The translations under genes and the position numbers were made by a program. This document shows positions 37,960-49,300 of a DNA stretch of 64,000 nt, piece after piece; the stretch's first letter is position 1, and the number at the start of each line of letters is the position of its first letter. Below the pieces are notes generated by a model. It was not told the origin of the DNA. It ran no database searches and saw only the letters and a program-made list of their open reading frames with translations. Source of the stretch: Marsupella aquatica (taxonomy: Eukaryota > Plantae > Marchantiophyta); assembly GCA_973895155.1 (NCBI GenBank), contig OZ316891.1:22023168-22087167 (forward strand), given 5' to 3'.

Positions 37960-38770
37960 TTTTGAGATTTCGTGACTAGATTTGTGTCATAACTTTCTCC
38001 AGGAGTTTCGGATTTGGGAGTTCTGGATTGATTTGAAAAGATCATGGCGAGGCGGTGAGGATCGATATGAATTGCGCCCCAAACGGTCACCGTATGAGCG
38101 AGTTACATCAAATTTAATTTTCGCCATTTTTTCACTTTTTCTGTGCGTTGGGCGATTTCGCGACTCAATTTGGGTTGTAACTTTCTCCGCGATTTTCGGA
38201 TTTGGGAGTTCTTGACGGCTTTGGAAAGATCTTGGCGAGGCGGTGAAGATCGATACGACTTGCGCCCCAAACGGTCACCGTATGAGCGCATTAAGTCGGA
38301 TTTAAGTTTCGTCGATTTTTCACTTTTTCTGCGCGTTTGGCGATTTTGGCGATTTCGCGACTCAATTTGGGTCGTAACTTTCTCCGGGAGTTTCGGATTT
38401 GGGAGTTCTTGACGGCTTTGGAAAGATCTTGGCGAGGCGGTGAAGATCGATGTGACTTGCGCCTCAAACGGTCACCGTATGAGCGAGTTACATCGGATTT
38501 AAGTTTCGCCATTTTTTCACTTTTTCTGCGCGTTTGGCGATTTCGCGATTTCGCGACTCAATTTGGGTCGTAACTTTCTCCAAGAGATTCGGATCTGGGA
38601 GTTCTTGCCGGATTTGGAAAGATCGATATGAATTGCGCCCCAAACGGTTACCAATTGAGCGAGTTTCATCAGATTTAGGTTTCGCCGTTTTTTCACATTG
38701 GCTGCGCGTTTGGCGATCTTGGCGTTTCCACGACTCGATTTGGGGCAACGTATGAGCGAGTCACATCGGC
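37960..38770 (+). repeat. ~4 tandem copies of a ~190-bp unit at the 5' end of the CRE-like retrotransposon
   Basis: The anchor taactttctcc occurs at ~37990, 38178, 38375 and 38571. Units contain ttgcgccccaaacggtcaccgtatgagcg. Confidence 0.9.
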
Positions 38771-39069
38771 TTTAGGCCATCGCTTCTCCTCCAATTGGTT
38801 GTTGCCTTCGGGAGCTGTTGCCGCACGCTCAATCTAGAGGGCGGATCTTCACTCGCGTCGACTCCCCAACGGACAGATCGACGGGCGTTTCAGCTTTGTT
38901 CCTTACTGTTCCTGCACCTGCTCAACGGTTTCCTAGGCTAGCGGTGGCGCCGTTTCTCGACCTGATGCGGTGGGCTCTCTCCATCGCCTCCCCTTTCTTT
39001 TCACATGCCTCGGTTGGGCCTTTTGTCGCTTCTTGATGCGTTTTTGCTTTTATCGGGTTGCGGCCTGTC

Positions 39070-42000
39070 ATGTCTACATTGAGAGTGTTGGCGCGGGGCA
39101 AGCGCCCAGCCCCACCCCACACTTCTCCCCCGTCCTCCCCTCCCCCTCGTGGCCGTCTTCGTGTTTGCTCTTCTTCACTGGTTCTCTCTCATCTTCGTGA
39201 TGATCCCATGCCCGATGCTCTGCCAGTCCCCCCCGTCTACTGCCCACCCCATCGTCGCCCTGGCTCCTCTCCCCACCCCATTCCCCCTCCACCCATTCAT
39301 CATCCTCCTCCGGCCTCCTCGTCCACATCTGTTCCACCCCCACCTCCTGTCCAGTCTTTCCCTGCTCCCTCCCCGGACGAGCGTCCCCTACATACTTGTC
39401 CTGACTGTGGATGGGTTGGCATCTCCCTCCCTCATCATCGCGGGTGGGGCCGGTGCCATCGTCGCCAGCAAGCACAATCCCAGCCTCAGCCCCCTATTGA
39501 CCCGGTTAGCTCTGCCCCTCCCTCCTTGGAGGCTCCCGAGCAGGCATGGAGTTGGGTTCGCACTCTAGACCCCCTTCCAGCCTACCATCCAGGGTACATT
39601 AGACCTCGCCTTTATAACCACATTCCTCTGGCGCTGCGCCCTATAGTTCGGTCCTCCTTGTTGCAACTCATGCAGCTTATCTTGGCGCATCCTATGGAGG
39701 TCTCCTATTGGTCTTTACTGATGCTTTTTCCATAGTGGACTCTTACCCTCCCTAGTCATGGTGGTCGTGTGGGTCACCGTGAGACTGCCTCTCGTATCCA
39801 TCGTTTTTTACGGGGAGATTGGGAGCAGCTTCAGGAAGAGTACTTTCTTCGCGCCCGGTCTTTTACCGCCCGTGCTTTGTCTGACCCAGCTCGCCACTCT
39901 CATCCCCCTGAGCATAGACGTCTTCGTCGCTCTTGTCGTTTAGCCCAGGCTGGTGAATATCGTCGGGCTGTCCAGGCCCTTTCTCCCACCACACCAGCCC
40001 CCCCTGGCGAGGTCACCTCGTTGGCCCTTCAGGATCTCCATCCGCAGCCCCATGATCAGCTCCCTTTGTTTGTCAAGGATTTTGAGCCTGAGGAGGATCT
40101 TCAGTTTAGTAGGGACCACTTCACCTATGCCTTCCTCCATGCCCCGCGTTGTTCTGCTGGTGGCCCCTCCGGCTATGTCTTTGAGCATTTTCGTGATTTA
40201 TTCCCCCCTGAGGATCCTCAGTTTGGTTTTCCAGTTTTCTTCTCCTTTTTCCAGTGTATTGCAGCCGGTCGTTTGCCTCCTCCCGTCTCTCGGCTCTTGA
40301 GTGCTTCTCGTTTATTGGCCATGGCTAAGTCTTCGCCGGGTGTTCGGCCAATTGCTATTGGGGAGGTTTTTCTTCGTCTTGTGTCTCGCACACTTTCCTC
40401 ACAGTTTCGCTCTGCACTATCGGATCATCTCTCTCCACATCAGTTTGCAGTTGGCGTTCCTGGCAGTTGTGAGACGGTTATTACGGGTATTCGAGCTACA
40501 TTGGACCTCCACCCTGATTGGGTTGTCCTCCAGGTTGATGTCTCTAACGTTTTTAATACGGTTTCTCGGGCAGCCATTTTTCGTGCTTTGAGGGCGGCGG
40601 ATCCAGACATCCAGTCCCTGATCCCCTTTGTCCGTTGTTTTTATGGACTCGAGGCCCCACTCTTCTATAGTCATCACTCCTCTACAGGTGTGTATACCAC
40701 TCTTTCCTCTGCAGAAGGTACACGTCAGGGTGACCCTTTGGGTGGGCCTCTTTTTGCCATTGCCCATTTTACAGCTTTACGGGAAGCTGCCATGGCCCAC
40801 CCCCAGTGTATCTTCCCCTCCCTTTCAGATGACACCCACATCATTGGTCCTCCTGCCGCGGTTACTTCTGCCCTCGCCACTCTTTCCACCCATTTGATGG
40901 GCCTCGGTTTACGAGTTCAGCCTGTGAAGAGTCGTGCATGGAGTCCAGCTGGGTTACCCTCTGATCTTGTGCTTCTCCCAGGGTTCTTACGTCCAGCCGA
41001 TGGTCTTCGGGTCCTTGGCTCCCCAGTCGGTACCGCCTCCTTTTGCTCATCTTTCATCGCTGACTCTATACAGGCTGCCTTAGCCCATACTCCTATGCTC
41101 CCTAAGTTAGCAGATTCTCAGGCAGCATTTGGGATGTTGTTGAGGTGCATCCACCCTCGTGCGTCTTATCTGGCTAGGACGCATCCCCCTACCGAGGATC
41201 TTTGTCTCCACCTTCGAGCATTTGATGTCTCCATTCGTCAGACCCTGGCCTCTCTTTTAGGTCCGGGTACGTTGCTCTCATCTTCGTGGCTTCATCGACA
41301 ACTCAGTCTTCCTATTTCGCAGGGTGGTTTTGGGTTTACTTCCATTGAGAGCCTTGCACCTTTGGCCTTTTTGGGTGCATGGGCGGCCGCCTTCTCGTTG
41401 TTGGCCGATCGTTTTCTTATTGAGGATCGCCCTTTTTTACTTTCATCTCTCATGGAGGTAGAGGAGGGTTCCCTCCCGTTTCAGGTTCATTTGCGCGCAG
41501 CGCGGTCCTCATTACCAGATCCCGTTCGCGCCGCGTTACCTTCTTTCCAGGAGTTTTTATCCTTGGATCCCATTCGTCTTCATGCAGACCTCGCTGGGCG
41601 TATGCACACTTTCACCCTTTCCAGCATCCTCTCCGAGGCACCTGACACGGACCGAGCTTGGATTCTTTCTTCCGGAGGGAAGGGCGCAAGTGGATGGCTT
41701 CAGGCCAATCCAGTCATTCCTCATTTGCGGATGTCTTCAACGGAGTTCTCCACAGCCATGCGTCTTCGTCTGGGGCTGCCCCACCCACTTCTTGCAGGTT
41801 TACCTCCTTCTTGCACTTGTGGGAAGCCTTGTGATGCCACAGGTGTCCATCTTCTTCGGTGCAGTTTGGGAGGTGAAACCATTATTGTTCACGACGCTGT
41901 GCGAGATGCGACTGCTCAGGTTCTCTCTGGCTCTTTGGTATGCGTGCGGCGGGAGGTGGTACTCGAGTTACCTGGTCCTCCATCACAGCGGTTACGGGTG

Positions 42001-42465
42001 GATCTTACCATGGTCCGTGAGGGTCAACGTACTTTGGCAGATGTTGTGGTGGCAAACCCATTGCGCCAAGACATCATTGGGACAGCGGCAACTACGGCAG
42101 GGGCAGCAGCGTCACGTGCGGCAACAACGAAGGAGGCCAAATATGCTGCACGAGCTTCATCCGACAACTTCCTCCCCCTTGCTGTGGAGCTATTTGGGCG
42201 TCTTCATCCTCAGTTTGATGGGCTTCTTCGGCAAGCTGCCCGGGATGTTCATGGCCGAATGGGTCCCACCGGACCCCCGCTTTCTATTTTGACCACGCAC
42301 TTTCACCAACGCATTTCAGTCACCTTACAGCGTGCTCAAGCTCGGGCCATCTATCGTCGACCTCTTACAGTGGGTGCTAGTGTGCCTCCGCAGCGGCTAG
42401 CTCCCCTTGAGGATGTTCCAATCCCACTTGCCGATCTAGTTTTGACTCTTGATGTGGACCATTAG
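39070..42465 (+). pseudogene. RT-RLE polyprotein, ~1131 aa, with one in-frame TAG at 39733-39735
   Basis: N-terminal CPDC..HHR..C finger. RT motifs VRPIAIGEVFLRL, HQFAVG, VDVSNVFN, EGTRQGDPLGG, FPSLSDD, RVLGSPVG, LPISQGGFG. CTCG..HLLRC knuckle. RLE motifs HDAVRD, RVDL..ADVVV, KEAKY, FLPLAVELFG. The two listed ORFs are in the same frame. Confidence 0.9.
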
Positions 42466-44634
42466 CTTTTTGCCACAATCGGTAGGAATGATGAGGACCT
42501 CGGTCCGCTTGGGTTAGTTTTAGTCTCTCTCTCTTTCTTGGTTTTTAGGGGTTCCCTATTGTTCATTTCTTACTTTTAGTTCCTCTTTCTTGGTGTTTAG
42601 TGGTTCCCTTTTGCTCACTTCTTTTTCGATTGGTTTTGTCCACTTGGGCCCTCTTTTGTTTGTTCATTTGTACTTTGTTTGGTCCCTTTGTATATAAAAA
42701 GTGTGTATATTTTCTTTTAATGCAAATGACTTAAAATAGAAATGGACCAAGAGGCCAGAAAAAGAGACCACCAAGAGAGGTGGTCTAAAATCTAAGATAA
42801 AACAGTGCTCCACATAAGCAAAAATTGGGCCCCACTGGATTCCATGTAAGGTTGGTAACCGGTTCGGTTGAAAGTGCCCCAAACATTTTGTAAAGTGAAC
42901 AGCAACAGTTTCTCCCAAATGGATATATGACTCTGATCAGATCAGATCTTGGAGACAAAAAACATGTGGAAACTGCCCCCAATGTCTTGTAAAGCCATTC
43001 TTAGACCTTTGTTTCCACCCCTTGACTTTGGTTAGCCTTTTTAAAATGAACTAGCCCAATCTTTTAATGTGCTGCATAGTATTTTCAATAGTGAGTGACG
43101 CTGAGCCAAAGTGCTATCAAACATAAGTAGGTGAGCAAAAAATCCACTTGGCATTTGGATTTCAAGGAGTGTGGGATTTGAGCAATAGTGACAAGTTGGG
43201 CACATAAAGTGCATGGTGACACTTACAAGCCCATCCTATAATTTAGGGAAAAATGTCACCATAATTGAAACAGACTACTTGCTAGAACAACATTTGTAAC
43301 AAACCATGAGAAGAGGAGACGGGAGAGGAGAATCCTATGGGTACTTTTCTCGTTTCTTTCTAACATAATTTGCACAAAAAACATCTAGGTTTGCAATAGT
43401 ACAAACTGTGTTGTCTCTCTATAAGTGCACAATACATAAGTGCAAAACTTGCCAACTGCAAGGAGTCCCATTTGTCCTTCTCTTTTCATGGAGTTTGCAC
43501 TTAGGCCTGCAAATTGGTTTGCTAACCCAGAGCTTCACAAGTGCAAACCATGATAGCTGTAGATGAACACTTATCAATAAGCGCACAATCTGATCCATTT
43601 GTTGAAAGCAAGGCATATTTCAGTAAAGTAAAATGTGCAGGATGGGATAGGGGACCAAATTCAGGGCACGGATGTAGAACTGAGGGTGGGGAGTTATTAG
43701 ATTGATGAAGGGTAGTTGAAAACTTAACAAAGGGATGTACACCATATACTCTTATTGGTAAGACAGTGCAGATTCTATGAGTTCCACTTACCACATAGTG
43801 CACACCCCCATTTAGTGCACACCAAAGATGCACCTTAGAGAGACTTGGCTGTAAGTACGATGAGGGCAAGTTCACTGGATTCCACCTCTCAAGAAAGTAT
43901 TTGGCACTTCTGCCAAAATTTGCTAGGTTTTCTGTCTTCCACAGCCAGTTTCCCACTTGCCACAGACCCCATTTGCTAGAGTATAGCAATCATACTCAAA
44001 TCTAGGGAGATCGGATGGTCATAATGTAATCTAGGAAATTAATCAGATTATCCCTAGGATCTTCTTTTTCACACAATGTAACATTTGCCGCATTGGCAAG
44101 AAAATTAAAACCTTAAAATTTAGGCTGCTCATGGCAGTCCTGATTTCCCATAAACTCATTGGGTACATGTAAACATGCACATGTGGAGAAGTGCATAAAT
44201 GACATCGGTTGCACTTATAACACCAAGCCAGTGACCAAAGGTTTGTTTTCCCAATAACAGGCTAGTTAAATATGCTTTCATTGTGACATTCCTAGTTTGC
44301 CAATACAATATATAGTATTATAATGTACAATTCCAAAAATCAGTTACAACAATGTCAGTTTTATATGCAAATTAATTGGATGGATAGACAGGTGACAGCC
44401 CAGAAATTAGTATCCATAAATCACCCCTCACACAACCCAAGTCACAAAACTGAGGGTGAGTTAGCAAAATGCTTTGACATTAACATTGTGGAGCAGCTCT
44501 CAATCAGGGAAATTGTGTTGTACAGAACTCTTGGTGACTTAGGTTGAAGCACCTCAGAGAGACCGTCTTGCAGTCTGACCCTGTGCTCTGAGCGCTAAAG
44601 CTGGGTTCAAATATTTGGTCTAGTGTTAGCTCAA

Positions 44635-45030
44635 CTGGGATGGACCACATTATGGATAACTAAATTTTCTGGGTCCATTTTTGGGTCCTATCACAACAAA
44701 TAGTGCATAGTGATCATCCAGAAGTGCAGGCTTGAGACTTATTAGATACGGTAAACTGTGTAAGTGCAACAGGGTAAAACAGGTCAGGTGATTAGTTCAA
44801 GCTCTAAATCACCTGGGATGGACCACTTCATGGAAAATTGTATATTCTGAGTCCATTTTCGGGTCCCTATCACAACAATAATGCATACCATGGATAAGTG
44901 CTGCCTGCATACCACAAATAAGTGCAGGCTTGAGACTTATTAGACACAGGAAACTGTATAAGTGCAACGTGGTAGAACTCACTTATTAGACACGGGAAAC
45001 TGTATAAGTGCAGCATAGTAGAACTGATCA
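44635..45030. repeat. ~180-bp duplicated unit with ~45-bp sub-repeats and a hairpin, 3' of the Helitron-like genes
   Basis: ctgggatggaccac..gtccattt..gggtcc.tatcacaacaa at 44635 and 44813. acttattagacac.ggaaactgtataagtgca occurs x3. Hairpin caggtgattagttcaagctctaaatcacctg at ~44785-44815. Confidence 0.7.
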
Positions 45031-45529
45031 GGTGGTCGACATCCAGAGTAATGGGGAGCCATGGAGTACCAGGTACTGATCACCAAGGACGGACGAAATT
45101 TGACCGGGCCTGCACTAAGGTGAGACAAAGGACGATGTACAGTACTTTTCACATCAACTTGCCATAGTCTGATAGTCTACATCTCTATTCCCAATGCAGC
45201 TGTATTATTTTAGCCTGTCAGTGGCGTATAGAGATGCAGACAATAATATCAAAATGAACAAGTGCTCATAACCTGATACATTTATGGGCTACTTACATAC
45301 ATCAAATTAGTTAGTGGACCCCTACCTGTTTTTATTCTTTTGAGATTGAAAATTGGATAGTTATTGATACAGATAAAAAATGTGTTAAAAAGTAGATAGT
45401 TATTTTTGATATAGATAAATATGTTTCCGGCAATGACTATTTTTATTGGGACTCGTCATAATTTGTTTTTGCATGATACACCACATTGTTCTGAAAAATG
45501 AAACTTGTACTACATCACGGAAACAACTA

Positions 45530-46399
45530 TCACATCGCGTTGAATTTCCGCTTGGATGTGGTGGGTTGTTCCGTTGTTGTTTGGGCAGGGACGTCAGATA
45601 GCAGCCCCTGGTCGCTGCTCCTTCTCAGCCTGTCGATCAGGGACTGGGATTGCTGATGTGTCAGCCCTACCAACATATCAAGTGGCATCTTGAAATCATG
45701 CCTCAGTCTAGTCAGTTGCTCTAGACGAGCTCCCTTTGTGACCTGGATGTACTCACGCATCCCGTCCTTGTAAGTGAGCTGGTCTTCCTCGAACGGAACT
45801 GCCATGTACCTAAGAATCTCCTTCATGACACCTGCATTTGTTTTCAACACGGAGTTAGTGCTTAATGTGTGCATGAGATGGTTGAATTCATTTTTTATTG
45901 GGGGTTTTCTCTTTGTGCTTACCGGTCGCCGGTTTATCTCCGTAATGATCGTAGAAGTCGGCCTTGAACACTTTCCTCTCCTCGATCATCTTCGACAAAT
46001 CTCTCCTCTTGATCCCGTTCACCATCTCAGTTGTCTCAATTCCGAGACCGTTGCCGAAAGCAATTTGTTTAGCCGTTACCTCCTCGTCAGTCCGGAAGTC
46101 ATCCGATGGCAGCTCTCTCATGATCATCCTTGCCATCTCCACGGCTGTCATGGGCTGCACAGGAAAGACGTGAACAATGTGTTAGAACAATAGTGCCCGT
46201 CAATGTTAATGAATCTTGCAACTTTTGTATCATCATTTCATTATATATCGCTTGCATCAACAATGTGAAGTATGAAGTGGACACTGTTTACCTGAACTGT
46301 TGTAGGAGTAGCGCTCGTCGGATTGCTATTTGCGCCTGCTATCGTTTCTCGTTGTTGTTGTGATGCCTTCGCTGCCTTGTTGCCTTTGGTGGTCGACAT
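45530..46399 (-). CDS. Spliced accessory ORF (~240 aa, unknown function) of the Helitron-like element, with one apparent 1-nt frameshift
   Basis: ATG 46399 MSTTKGNK..TTVQ, then a phase-0 GT-AG intron 46291-46155 (cag|gtaaac...ctttcctgtgcag|ccc), then PMTAVEMARMIM..KTPNK. Removing one A from the A-run at ~45891-45896 reads through NEFNHL into MHTLSTNS..KRKFNAM. Confidence 0.65.
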
Positions 46400-49300
46400 C
46401 TGCTTGTTGAACACGACGAATTGGTAAGTGGAACACTTTGAAGTCCGGCGGCGTAAGATCTCCAACAATGCGCATGGATGCTCTATTTGTGACCCTACTC
46501 AACATAACGTTCACCAGTCCCGGTGTGAATGCACTGTTTATTTCTAGCACGACCTTGCCCGCTAGTGTGCAACCTTGGCTCTTGTGACCTGTTATGGCGT
46601 ATCCGAGCATGAGAGGGAAAGTGGATTTCCGATGGGTTTGCTGTCCCGAGATGAACTTGTTCTCGTGAACCGTGCAGTTGATCTTTACGAGGCAGTGGTT
46701 GGAAGACATTCTCACAAAAATCGACATTTTGCCTTCGGCTTCTGTAGTGATTTTCTCCACGATTCCTCCGTTGCCGTTCGCGGCTTGCTTAGAGAGGTCG
46801 ATGTTGTGTGTGAGAATCACCTTGCATCCGATTGCAACGTTTGTCAGTGTGTGGAAGGAGGGATCTTGTATCCAAGGCCAGGTGGATTCGTCTGAAGGGG
46901 CATTGGTGAGTATTGGGACGGGCACGATCTCTTGGCGTGGAAAAAATCTCCGTAATGCCCGTTCGTTGTAGTTGTCGACTGTTTCCCTATGTGTGCATAT
47001 CACGGTCGTCAAGGCGTCGATGAAATCATGGGCTTCTTTTTTGGACACGTAACATCGTCCCAGGCACTCATCGATCGATTCTTGGGTAGGGAGGCCTGTG
47101 CGGATGTTGTTAAGGAACTCCATGAACTCTCGGTCTGTGCTCTGTCTGAGCACAATGCTGAGGTGAAATTTCCGCATGGTCTCAAAATATGGTGACGACG
47201 AGAGGTGGCATGACCTGCATATGTCGTTGGAGTGGTGGGTGCAAACCGGAGGCAATTGGCACATGTCTCCGACCAGGATGACCATCTTATTTTGGAACGG
47301 GCCGGACGAGCGGTCTTCATCTTGGAGTGTCTCGTGTAGTCTTGTGGAGACGCAACGCAACAGTTTGGGTGTCAGCATGCTCGCCTCGTCTATGACGAAC
47401 ACGTCATTGTTCCTCAAGGTGTGGTATTGGGAACTGGTGATGTGCAGAGGCCTGAGCTCTCCGTGTATTGGAATGCTGAACAAGGAATGCATTGTCACCG
47501 CATCGGCGTTAAGGTTTATGGCAGCCGCGCCCGTGGTGGCACACATCTTCACCTTCCTCCCTTTATATGTCCAGTATTTGTTCATGAAAGAGATGAAGAA
47601 AGTCTTGCCGGATCCCGGATTTCCATCGATCATGAACAGACCGCTCTTGACATCCTTGAGTGCCTCAAACACTCTGATTTGGTCTAGAGTCAAGTTGACG
47701 GTAGGGAGAGTTTTGTCATTGAGCACCGCACCGATCGGTTTCTCTACGGCGATGGTGGGGGCCGCTTGGAATGTGGCCGCGTCGTTGAAAATTTGGTGGG
47801 GAAGCTTTTCGTTCAGCTCCTGGAGCAGGTGGGATGTGTGGTGGGTGGAGTAGAGGTGCGATGCGCAATATTCAAGCACCAACTTGTGCACGTCGTTGAC
47901 GCTGGTTATCAACTTGCGGTGTATGCACTCGTGCAAGTAGCTCCACGTCTCGCTTATGGGCCTGAGGAGAATCTCGCCTTCTGCACGGAATCTCACGACC
48001 TTCAGGAGGTAGTTGTAGAAGAAGCCATTCATCTTGTATACTGGATGATACTCCGAAAATCGCACGAGCCGATCCGTCCGATACACGAAATTGCCTTGCA
48101 AATCCCTGCCGACGTAGTCTTTGGTGGTGCTTTTCTTATTGGTGAGGACCTCGTGGTTGATGAAGTAGTCGTAGAAGGACATTGCAAACATGTCCTTGGG
48201 CCTCTGTGCGTAGAGTCTGGTGGGATGTAAACATATCCCCGAGGACTTACGGTAGATGGCGGACCTCAGTTCCGGAGGCGACGAGTCCATGAATGCCACA
48301 GTCTCCGAGCGATGGATGATGCTGATTTTGAGGCATGTCAAGGCCGCCTCCGTGGCGCACACGCTCCGAGACAAGACCGCTCCGCTGACGAGCTTGAGTT
48401 GGACTTCAGACAGGTCCTCGAGTCCTAGAGTGCGCGCATCGTTCGCATTGAGCTGGAGTGATCCCAGGGGCTCGCATTTGATCGCGTACTTGAGCAAATA
48501 GAATGACCAAGCCGCGTTTGTGATGCGCTGCAGGTTCATGTGCGCGCCCCACAACAGCAACACGAGCGGGTGGTATGGCACGACGTTTCGGTGGTGGTCA
48601 CTTGGCCTGTGGTACCTCCATTTCCCCGTGGCGAGGTCGATGGCTGCATCTTTGTCGAGGTGAGTTTCTTGGGGGAAACCCAACTTGCAGTACTTGAGGC
48701 CGGTTTGGGAATGCCTTTGCAAGCACAAGCCCTCCTTGCAGTAGTGAAGTTGTTTCGTCACCACGTTGCGATATAGGGTCTTTTCTTCAAGTCCATTCGG
48801 CTCTTTGAATCTGCCGGATGTCAAGTCGAATCTGCCAGGGATGAATGCGGCAATTTCGTTTGTGACTCGATTGACGTTGCAATCCTTGACCCATAGCACC
48901 GTGTGGGCATGGAGTGATCCGCGGCCCTGCAACTCATACCTGATGACGTAGTGGATCACATTTCCAATTATGGCGCGTTTCGACAAAATGTAATCCTTGA
49001 AAAAACGTTGGATTCATTCGTGGAAGAGCACGGCGCATTCAACAGGACAATCTTTCATGAGAAGGTCGGATTCATCCTCTTCACAATGTTCTCGAGGTCG
49101 GCGATCTCAGGCCAATGGATGTCGCTGATCTCGTCACAAGTGAGCGTGAGGAAGAAGTGGGGCAGTCCCCATTTTCTCACCATGCACTTGAGGTCGTCGA
49201 GGTGTCTTCCGTGCCATGCCGGGCTCCCAGGAACGGCCTGCGTGATTGTCTTTTTTATCAGCATTTTGTATATTTCCTTCTCGCTAAAGTGGGGGCACCT

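Larger units (their letters stand above)
37960..42700 (+). mobile_element. CRE-clade (CRE/SLACS/CZAR/Cnl1-like) non-LTR retrotransposon with a C-terminal restriction-like endonuclease
   Basis: Single long ORF ordered ZnF-RT-CCHC-RLE, T-rich 3' UTR ending tgtatataaaaa (~42700), and a 5' tandem array. TSD not identified, so boundaries are approximate. Confidence 0.85.

Noticed and set aside
37982-38755. Repetitive ORFs on both strands
   Set aside because: Translations of the ~190-bp tandem array.
42486-42512. Hammerhead-like atgatga-ggac-ctcg-gtcc in the CRE 3' UTR
   Set aside because: Core deviates (ATGATGA rather than CTGATGA, GCTT rather than GAAA) and stems I and III are not evident.
44625-44640. 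CTAG as a canonical Helitron 3' end
   Set aside because: Followed by A rather than T on the - strand, and no GC-rich hairpin at the expected distance.
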